Made by a program: the position numbers and the translations under genes. This document shows, one piece after another, positions 54,309-64,000 of a stretch of DNA of 64,000 bases. Below the pieces are notes generated by a model that saw only the letters and a program-made list of their open reading frames with translations, did not search any database and was not told where the DNA came from. The stretch spans positions 80,848,001 through 80,912,000 of the forward strand of contig OZ024742.1 in the NCBI GenBank assembly GCA_964016885.1, in the 5' to 3' direction. Source of the stretch: Eledone cirrhosa (lineage: Eukaryota). Every line of letters starts with the position of its first letter. Position 1 is the first letter of the stretch.

Positions 54309-56347
54309 GAAGTTTATGAAATGGAAATGCGGGTATACAGAATTTATTAGGTAACAATTGTTTCTATAGTGTATGTGTTACCTATACCTCGCTATTTGAA
54401 TAATATAAAAATATTATCATAAACCGAAGGTACACTGTAAGCAAACACACCATGTCGTCAGACCTTTGTATTGGAATGATATGAAAATATTTTATACACT
54501 AGATAAAAGATAAAGAAGTAGGTAGGAAGAGAAGGGGAAGAGGGAAGTGAGTAAAGTGGAGGGAGTCTTAGGATTTAAGACTGTCAGACTAGTAGAGATT
54601 GTAAGGAGAGAATGTTTTGGCAGCAGTTAGCTTAATGAGGCGAGTTAGGGTTGGCGGGAAAAGTAAATTCTTCTAGTGGTGTTGTTCGGACAAAATTTAG
54701 TTAAAGGGGTCAAAGTGGTACAGTGTCACAGACAAGTTATTGGGGCTATTATAGTAGCAGGTTATTTCTAAAGGGGTCCTGGAAACAGTGTTTAGTACTA
54801 TTATTATAGAAAGCCATATCTTGTGTATAAACATATAAAACAGAAATTTGTAAACGGTGGTGTAAAAAGGTAACATTATATGCATTTAACAAAAGAAAAA
54901 GTCGTTTTCAAACGATGATTACAGTATAGAGAACGTTCAATTTTGCTGTTCAAAAGTTTGTTTACCGACGGTAAAATGCAGTATATCTCCAAATTGCATA
55001 ACTTGCAGAATCGATGATTTTGCCTATATGCAGGCGCAGGTGCAATAATTTGCCAATCAAGGGAGAATGCTTGATCGTTCCTCCGGAGCTGCCATGCGTT
55101 ATCGGCGAGTGTTGTTACGGAGCGCATTTTCTCGTGCCTGATCGAAGATCGATGTTGGTATAGGCGAGCCTTGAAAGAAGTTGCGGTACATCCGACGTAA
55201 TACCATTTGTTGGTTCCGGAATTTATTGTACATCGGTAGACAATATTGCGTGCAAGACACTGGTTATTCAGTGGGCACGTACCTGGTTTGGTGCAGTTCC
55301 AATTACTTTAATGTTTTGCAGTAGAATCCTGGATAGTTTGGTGGGGTTGTAGTTGCGTGTTAGTGCGTTGTATGTTGCTATGCCGGTGCGCTGAGTCATT
55401 AGGGATGTACTTATTCAGTAGTGCTGAGTTGAGTTTTTTAATTAGTTGTTCTATGTTAGGTGCAGTGGAGTATGAGAGTCTAATGGTGCGCGAGTTAAAG
55501 ATTTTATAGTATTTATGTCAAGTTGTAAAGTGTTTATTGATTAGTGTATAGAATTGTGAGATAATCTTAGTGCTAATAGAAGAATTGTACACGGGGTTAT
55601 ACCATATGTACTCTCTACATCTGACTCTATTTGCTGGTTTGCACCTATTAGTATGCCTATTGATGTGTGTGTGTGGTGCAATACTTAGATGTGTTTTATT
55701 CATAGTACTTATGTGGTTATCGTCTAAATATTCTATTTTCTCGCAGTAACCAGCTTTTCTAAGTGCGTCATTATAATATTCAGCATGCTCGTTGAAGGTC
55801 TGCAAATTAGACGACAGTCGGGAGATCCTTATGTATATATTTTCAGGGATAGATTTACTGTGCGTCTAGCTTCAAGTATAATATTAATTTCCTCGTTTGT
55901 GAGGTCCGAGTTAATTTTTGCGAAAGAGAGGGCCTTATGCAGGGTTTCGGGTGAAATAGAGGAATAGTATTCATCTATATCGAATTGAATAAAAGAAGAT
56001 TTGTTTTTGTCCCTAATGTTATTGAACCATCTCATTGCCTGATGAGTATTACCCCATAATTTAATATCTACCTTAGCCTAAACTTGGGGGATAATACGAT
56101 CTAATATGTACTTACTAATTCTACTTATATCGGACTTTGAAGGACATATTAATCAAATTTTAGGGTTAGTATCGAAGTTATCCTTATGGTCCTTCAGATT
56201 AAAAGTCGGTGTAGCTGGAGATAGGGGTACCGTTCTGTCGTCAATTTTCAGTTTCTTAACAATATCACATGCTGCATTATTAATGTTGGTTAGTGTAGTT
56301 GCGTTTGTTTTTTTGTACTTCCTATGTAATTCCTTATATAGATATAG
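54303..56347 (-). mobile_element. Naiad-like PLE, left arm of inverted pair, with 403-bp RT-core deletion
   Basis: LKDHKDNF, FIQFDIDEYYSSIS; EARRTV joined directly to the thumb region at ~55856; GIY-YIG and 3' UTR mirror the right arm. Confidence 0.93.
54349..54465 (-). ncRNA. Type I hammerhead with extended stem II (mirror of 58266-58382)
   Basis: Reverse complement aggt-CTGACGA...GAAA-CAATTG-TT-acct. Confidence 0.8.
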
Positions 56348-58428
56348 ATGAAAACTATTCCTCTATTTCACCGAAACCCTGCATAAGGCCTCTCTTACGC
56401 TAAGACTAACTCGGACCTCACAAACGAGGAAATTAATATTATACTTGAAGCTAGACGCACAGTAGTGCACTTTGAAAATAGTTATTGGGTCCGCAGAGAT
56501 AGACTATCGCAATTCGACATTACGATGGGTTCTAATGATTCGGCGGAGGTCACGGATCTGGTTGGGATCTATATAGCCCATAGACTCCAGAGCGAATTTA
56601 CGGACCTCCACGACGGAATATACCGCGACGATACACTTTTATTAGTCAAGAATATCAACAAACAAAACCTAGAAAGGCGACGTAAAAACATTAGGAAACT
56701 TTTCTCAGAACTAGCGCTTAATATTACCTTCGAACACAATCTTAAGGTGGTCAACTTCTTGGATGTCACCTTCAACCTTAATAATGGTAATATAGAGCCA
56801 TTTAACAAACTTAATGAAAATCTCAAGTACGTTAATTTAAAATCGAACCATCCTCATTCCATTATTAAATCTATCCCTAAAAATATATACATAAGGATCT
56901 CCTGACTGTCGTCTAATTTGCAGACCTTCAACGAACATGCTGAATATTATAATGACGCACCTAGAAAAGCTGGTTACTGGAGATAATAGAATATCTAGAC
57001 GATAACCACATAAGTACTATGAATAAAACACATCTAAGTCGAACTAGTATTGCACCACGCACACACATCAATAGGCATACTAATAGGTGCAAACCAGCAA
57101 ATAGAGTCAGACGTAGAGAGTACATATGGTATAACCCCGTGTACAATTCTTCCATTAGCACTAAGATTATCTCATAATTCTATACACTAATCAATAAACA
57201 CTTTACAACTTCACATAAGTACTATAAAATCTTTAACTCGCGCACCATTAGACTCTCATACTCCACTGCACCTAACATAGAACAACTAATTAAAAAACTC
57301 AACTCAGCAATACTGAATAAGTACATCCCTAATGACTCAGTGCAGCGGCATAGCAACATACAACACACTAACACGCAACTACAACCCCACCAAACTATTC
57401 CAGGATTCTACTGCAAAACATAAAAATAATTGTAACTGCACCAAACCAGGTACGTGCCCACTGAATAACCAGTGTCTAGCACGCAATATTGTCTACCGAT
57501 ATACAATAAATTCCGGAAACAACAAATGGTATTACGTCGGATGTACCGCAACTTCTTTCAAGGCTCGCCTATACCAACATCGATCTTCGATCAGGCACGA
57601 CAAAATACGCTCCGTAACAACCCACGCCGATAAAGCCTGGCAGCTCCGGAGGAACAATCAAGCATTCTCCCTTGATTGGCAAATGATTGCACCTGCGCCT
57701 GCATATAAGCAAAATCATCGATTCTGCAAGTTATGCAATTTAGAGATATACTGCATTTTAACGTCGGGAAACAAACTTTTGAACAGCAAAATTGAACGTT
57801 CTCTATACTGTAACCATCGTTTGAAAACGACTTTTTCTTTTTTTAAATGCATATAATGTTACCTTTTTACACCACCGTTTGCAAATTTCTGTTTTATATG
57901 TTTATACACAAGATATGGCTTTCTGTAATAATAGTACTAAACACTGTTTTCCGGACCCCTTTAGAAATAACCTGCTACTATAATAGCCCCAATAACTTGT
58001 CTGTGACACTGTACCACTTTGACCCCTTTAACTAAATTTTGTCCGAACAACACCACTAGAAGAATTTACTTTTCCCGCCAACCCTAACTCGCCTCATTAA
58101 GCTAACTGCTGCCAAAACATTCTCTCCTTACAATCTCTACTAGTCTGACAGTCTTAAATCCTAAGACTCCCTCCACCTTACTCACTTCCCTCTTCCCTTC
58201 TCTTCCTACCTCCTCCTTTCTCTTTTATCTAGTGTATAAAATATTTTCATATCATTCCAATACAAAGGTCTGACGACATGGTGTGTTTGATTACAGTGTA
58301 CCTTCGGTTTATGATAATATTTTTATATTATTCAAATAGCGAGGTATAGGTAACCCATACACTATAGAAACAATTGTTACCTAATAAATTCTGTATACCC
58401 GCATTTCCATTTCATAAACTTCTTCTCT
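56341..58428 (+). mobile_element. Naiad-like PLE, right arm (5'-truncated RT + GIY-YIG + 3' UTR)
   Basis: FDITMGSNDSAE, YRDDTL, VNFLD; linker C-x-C-x5-C-x5-C (CNCTKPGTCPLNNQC); NIVY..YYVGCT..FKAR..H; CKLC. Confidence 0.93.
58266..58382 (+). ncRNA. Type I hammerhead with ~90-nt unbranched stem II
   Basis: aggt-CTGACGA-c-atggtgtgt...atacactat-a-GAAA-CAATTG-TT-acct; inner pairs gtacct/aggtat and ataatat/atattat. Confidence 0.8.
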
Positions 58429-58523
58429 ATATTTAAATATATATATATATATACACATCTCTACCCACATATAAACACAGTGACATACGTAAACACACAT
58501 GCTCTATGGTGCAACACAAAAAA

Positions 58524-58610
<87 letters not shown>

Positions 58611-58980
58611 TATACATATTTATAGTGAATGTATGTATGTGTATATATAAATATAGTGAATATCATTTCACAACTTTTATTGTTAAGATTTTTGATGTTC
58701 TATTAAGAGAACCGATTTTACTGAAAAAATCGAATAATGTACACCTTTTTACCAGGGGGAAAAAAATACTGGTCCACCCACCCACACACACACGCACACA
58801 CATATATACACACACATATACACACGCGTACATTAACATACAAAGAGACTTATACACACACACACACACACTTCTCTGTATAAGACAAAAGCTGAACAAT
58901 ATCTTTTGACATGCTAAAATACCCCCCATTGCTTTCAGACACATTCTTACTGACAATCCCTGCTACCACGAATTACTCTG

Positions 58981-59015
<35 letters not shown>

Positions 59016-59632
59016 TACATACACACACACACACACACACACTTATCTTAATAGCCATTTGACACACATCCCTGCTAACCATTATCACAACATCGAACAC
59101 CTTACTACTACTACACACACACGCACACAGACACACACATATTTGTTGTTAAAGAGTCATTTCTCAATCTTGGCGCAAAACCAATTTTTTATTCACATGA
59201 CCTCTACCGACCAATCAACATTGTTTTGACCACAAGAAGTTTTGGAAACACCAAGTAGCACTGGAGCCACTTTTTTAACATAAAAACAGTCTTGGCGCAA
59301 AATCAATTTTTCACATTCACATGACCTCTACCGACCAATCAAAATTGTTTTGACCACAAGAATTTTTGCAACACCAAAGTAACGCTGGAGCCACTTTTTT
59401 AACATAAAAACAGGTAGAATTCCCAAAACTCATCAGATCGGAGCAAACAGCACGGACACTCTATCTCAAAATTATTTTTGAAAAGCATTTAGAAATGCGC
59501 AACCGGTAGACACTTAAAAACTTAAAACCACAACTGAATACTAACCCATACAATCACTAATACTCTTTTATTCCTAATTAAACTATTTTTCAACTGTGAA
59601 CAATTTGTCAGCATTTTCTATTCCGTTTACCA

Positions 59633-59737
<105 letters not shown>

Positions 59738-60566
59738 AATAATATATCATATATAGGTGAAACAGCCCATAGCAAAAGGGAAAGAATAAGTGAACTCCAG
59801 GATAGGAAAACCTCATCAGTACTCCACCAACATGCAAAATAGCACATAGGGCACATTAACGAACATAGAGATAAACAATGTATCCACACAGAAAAGATGC
59901 AATGCTGAAGCAAATCACAGAGGCAACAAATATAAACGAACTCCCACCAAAATTAAACAGAAAGCATGAGTGGAATAGCAGCATCACAAATAGTAATTAA
60001 TGACAAAATGATGACATACAAACACAAAAACCGAACTAACAAAACAAATCACACACACACAGATAGAAAAAACAACCACTCGTATCAAATAAATAAATGC
60101 ATAAACAAATAAATAAAAAACAACACACATACACACACAAGTGTATGTAACGCATGCACAAAGTAAACATTCAACACACAACACACAAAAACAAAATGGT
60201 GTAGGACAGAACAAAACGGAGACACACAGCATAAAAACCTCGTCAATGAGGATGTCACAGAAGGTGTGAGGAAAGAGCTTTGACAATATATAAATAACCT
60301 TCTCGTTATCGAACTAACCACCCGGAAATTTATAATAAATCGAAGTGAAAAGTTAGAGGTGTGTGTGTTATTATTGACAACATGACCCCCTCAAAGTATA
60401 ACTATATCTGTTTCAACACACGTTTTCAGATAAGAAATCTCACAAAACAAAATCAAAACGAATTATATATACATATTGTGTTACTACTTCTGCCTAACTC
60501 GTCCCAGGGACTGAGTGATCTGCCCCTATGTATATAACCTTCCAGTGTTCTACCTCTCTCTCTCTC

Positions 60567-60690
<124 letters not shown>

Positions 60691-60847
60691 TGTGTGTGTG
60701 TGTTAAATATTTCCGAAGGAAGGCAAAGTTAAAAAGAATGCTCTATGTATAGAACGGAGCTATTGAATTAGAAAGTGAACAACACACTATATAACTACGC
60801 AATTACCAAAGGTTTCAGGACTCTAGAAAATATTAACATACGTCTAG

Positions 60848-60889
<42 letters not shown>

Positions 60890-61065
60890 CTAGTTGCGAC
60901 GTCACAGGTGCCAATATGTATCAGCTCTGGTACAACATCGATGATCTGGTGAAGGGAGACTGCTATGCATGTGAGACTACTGATCTTCCACAAACAACCT
61001 TGCCCTGACTTGTGGCTCGGAGAAGCACTTTGTTTGTACAAATCCTATGGTCAATCGTGACCGAA

Positions 61066-61506
61066 CGTTTTGGATGCCTGCCAAATGCAGATGGGTATGT
61101 ATCCAGGTAACAAATCGGGTGGAAGTAGGAAGAAGGAAGAGAAATGTTGAAAGAAACGTAAAAAGAGACGTAAAAAAAGCGTAAAAAGAAAATCGGAGTT
61201 GGAGTTAACTTGGAAGAGATTTATTGGTCCTTATATTTCACGGAATTTTCCGTCCGGAAACAAACCACAGATAAAGATGGCCACAGTGTTCCCATTTCCC
61301 TTCGTAAACCCCCACCGTCGATGGATGTGAAATCCGAAATATAAGGACCAATAAATCTCAAAGAAAACTCCATCTACGATTTTCTTTTTACGCACTTTTC
61401 GTCTCCTTTTACGTTTCTTTCTACATTTCTCCCTCCTTCCCCCTACTGGCACTTTATTTTGCTACCCGGAGATTTACCTATCTGTATTGTAGATGCTTCC
61501 AAAACG
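61066..61506. repeat. Diverged foldback/MITE-like element, ~190-bp inverted arms
   Basis: gagatttattggtccttatatttc vs gaaatataaggaccaataaatctc; outer cgttttgga vs tccaaaacg. Confidence 0.8.
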
Positions 61507-61587
61507 ACCATTTTTCATATTCCACAATGCTTCAAGTAAGCTTAAACACTTTCTTATAAATATATACATATACATATATATATATAT

Positions 61588-61835
<248 letters not shown>

Positions 61836-61877
61836 TGCATATATATATATATATGTGTGTGTGTAGATGTGTGTTAT

Positions 61878-62045
61878 AATAACTGTTTCTACCTTTGGCA
61901 CAAGGCCAGCAATTACCCAGTACATTACTGGTACTTTATTTTATCGACCCCGCAAGGATGAAAGGCAAAGTCAACCTCAGCGGGATTTGAACTCAGATCG
62001 AAAAGGGACGTAACTATGCTGGAAAGCATGGCGTCCGACCCTCTA
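61878..62045 (-). mobile_element. tRNA-derived SINE (same family as 14909-15041)
   Basis: Minus strand agggtcggacgccatgc...gagttcaaatccc (A/B-box-like) and shared body. Confidence 0.85.
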
Positions 62046-62610
62046 CAACGTTCCTATATCATCATACTCTTTTTCCACGTTCGTATACTGAACATTGGTG
62101 TTATCATAGGTCATTGACACCTAGATTTTAAACATTCTTACGCTGAAATGCTGTCATGTATTTGAACTAGTTTGTCTTAAATTCATTCTTTGTAATGGTA
62201 AGTACACTTATGAGCGGTTGTTTAGGACAATCGTCAGCCACTCCAAAGTGATATTTGGTTATGATATTTTAAGCTCGCTGTCAAATAGCGCTTACATTTA
62301 TAATTTATCTTTCTGGTGTTAATATAACAAAGTACTGGTTGCGTTTAAACGAATATAAATCTCACGAACATAAAGACGCTGAGTAGAAACATCGCAAATC
62401 CTTTAAAGTATTATGGTCTTCAATGATATCTATGCGGTAGAAAGTATTGGCGGATTTGTTCACATATATAGGCATTGCGGTTAAGTAAAATTTCATATAG
62501 TTAGGTTTATACCGGTATTTAAGCTGTCTGCTTTCTCTATTTCGGAACACAATAAATAGAACAAGGAGAGAGAGAGAGATGGGAGAGACAGAGAGAGATA
62601 GAGAGATAGA

Positions 62611-62705
<95 letters not shown>

Positions 62706-63128
62706 CAGCACGTATAAGATACACACTCAGAACATCACAAAGAATCTTAATTATTGGCGCTGCATTTACAAATATATTGTGACTCTACTGAAGCATTGCA
62801 GATTTATATGTTTCGTCTTGACCAAACAAGAGCTATAAATAACAATTTCAGTGTTTTGACTTCACATAGATCATTCTCATGATATTTCCTAATATATTCT
62901 AAATCGGTTCGTTAAAGTTCCATCACTTTTGGGAATGGTTCCAACATTTCCCAATCGATATTGGACCGGTAAGAAGAAATAGTAGTATATTAAGAGCGGA
63001 AACGATGCTGCAGTCGATTCGGTAATTAGTCCAAACCAACATTGAATCTTTTCAAGTTCGTACAGTACACTGAAATTTTATAGCCAGAAGATTTACATAT
63101 CTGTTAGCCACAATGCCATGTACAATAT

Positions 63129-63472
63129 CCGGCAGATTAACCCACTAGATATGCAAATTGGGCTACTCAGCCGTTAATATGCATAAGGTAAGTATATACG
63201 TTCAACAATCTGGCAGGAAGGTATACGTTGCTGACGATAGCTAATAAGCTTGAAACTAGTACAGCGTTCCTTTGTCAGTGTTGAACAAACGAGCAACAAT
63301 GGTTGCTGGACACTACGGCTTAATACGGGATGTTTGTTTACAAACACACCGAGCATTATAATAAATGTTCGGTGAATCCATACGTACATATATATATGTT
63401 GCATGTATGTATATATATATACATACTACTGTACGACTGTATACATATATGTATGTACGTGTACATACTTAT
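63129..63472 (+). mobile_element. Retrozyme-like unit, second subfamily, partial monomer
   Basis: Homologous to 33021-33458 in reverse; ends catactta + (TA)n. Confidence 0.87.
63199..63286 (+). ncRNA. Best-preserved minimal hammerhead with long stem I
   Basis: gttcaaca-at-ctggca-gg-aagg-tat-acgttg-CTGACGA-t-agct-aata-agct-t-GAAA-CTAG-TA-cagcgt-t-cctt-tgtcag-tgttgaac; predicted cleavage after 63261. Confidence 0.88.
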
Positions 63473-63485
63473 ATATATATATATC

Positions 63486-64000
63486 ATTAATGACATCAAC
63501 GAGGCTGGGTTTAAAATCATTTCTAAACTCAACATCCGGGACCGGACTGAAACTCTGGACTCTATTTATCACTTCTTCTTGGAGCTATCTATTTCGCTGA
63601 AACGCTCACGGGGGTTAAGGATTTCGAAGTTGATATCATTCTCAATGCCCGTAAGTCGGTGACTAATTTAGACGACTCAAAAAACGTCAAATAGTACACA
63701 TTCGACGTGTGTATGGGCGTCAGCGATTCGGCGGAGGTTACAGATCTTATCGGCCTTTTCCTTCTTTTCTCTATCAAAGAAGAATTCCCCAACGTAGGCG
63801 GTGGTTTGTATCGCAATGATGGTCATTTAACCATGACAAATTGCGGTCCACGCGCTTGCGAAAGGTTCAGAAAATAATGCACAGCCTTCTTTAAAGGCAT
63901 CAACCTTTCCATGCAGGTTGAGGCCGACCTCTAGGTCGTTAATTTCCTCGACGTTACCCTCAATTTGTCGAATGGCTTGCACTATCCGTATAGAAAATTC
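63486..64000 (+). mobile_element. Third Naiad-like PLE family, decayed RT fragment running off window
   Basis: IILNARKS, FDVCMGVSDSAEVTDLIG, GGLYRNDG, VVNFLDVTLNL. Confidence 0.85.

Noticed and set aside
55850-55862. 403-bp loss in left Naiad arm as a spliced intron
   Set aside because: Deleted segment does not end in AG and removes the catalytic core; TA microhomology explains it
56903-56905. In-frame TGA as selenocysteine in the second Naiad-like family (also ~56153)
   Set aside because: The mirror arm has CGA (Arg) at 56903's equivalent and the other site is an expected Arg; CpG decay
60398-60433. Minus-strand CTGAAAA..GAAA hammerhead-like motif
   Set aside because: C3/A8 mismatch and poor stems II and III; too degenerate to support
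61960-62045. tRNA gene suggested by B-box
   Set aside because: No cloverleaf; continuous with a multi-copy SINE body

Overview
AT-rich eukaryotic DNA almost entirely made of nested transposable elements and (TA)n/(CA)n/(GA)n/(CATA)n microsatellites. The SINE sequence and repeat landscape suggest a coleoid cephalopod such as Octopus (inference). There is no intact host gene, and most ORF-track entries are microsatellite artefacts. Recognisable elements: Penelope-like retroelements (PLEs) of two types (YRDD/Naiad-like at 1-3160, 54303-58428 and 63486-64000; Neptune-like at 33456-34480, 37209-39188 and 48236-59637), a cluster of R4/Dong-like RLE LINEs, RTE-type LINEs, a hAT, a DD37D maT, a deleted mariner, Helitron-like non-autonomous elements and tRNA-derived SINEs. 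The main result is a hammerhead-ribozyme system. Two different non-coding retrozyme-like elements are present: a ~428-bp tandem unit with a minimal ACTAGT-type hammerhead, and a ~998-bp unit whose genomic 5' end falls at its own predicted cleavage site. Each appears matched to an autonomous PLE type in the window by shared hammerhead architecture, and one retrozyme copy is physically fused to a Neptune-like PLE fragment. All RNA folds were derived by eye and need computational and biochemical confirmation.
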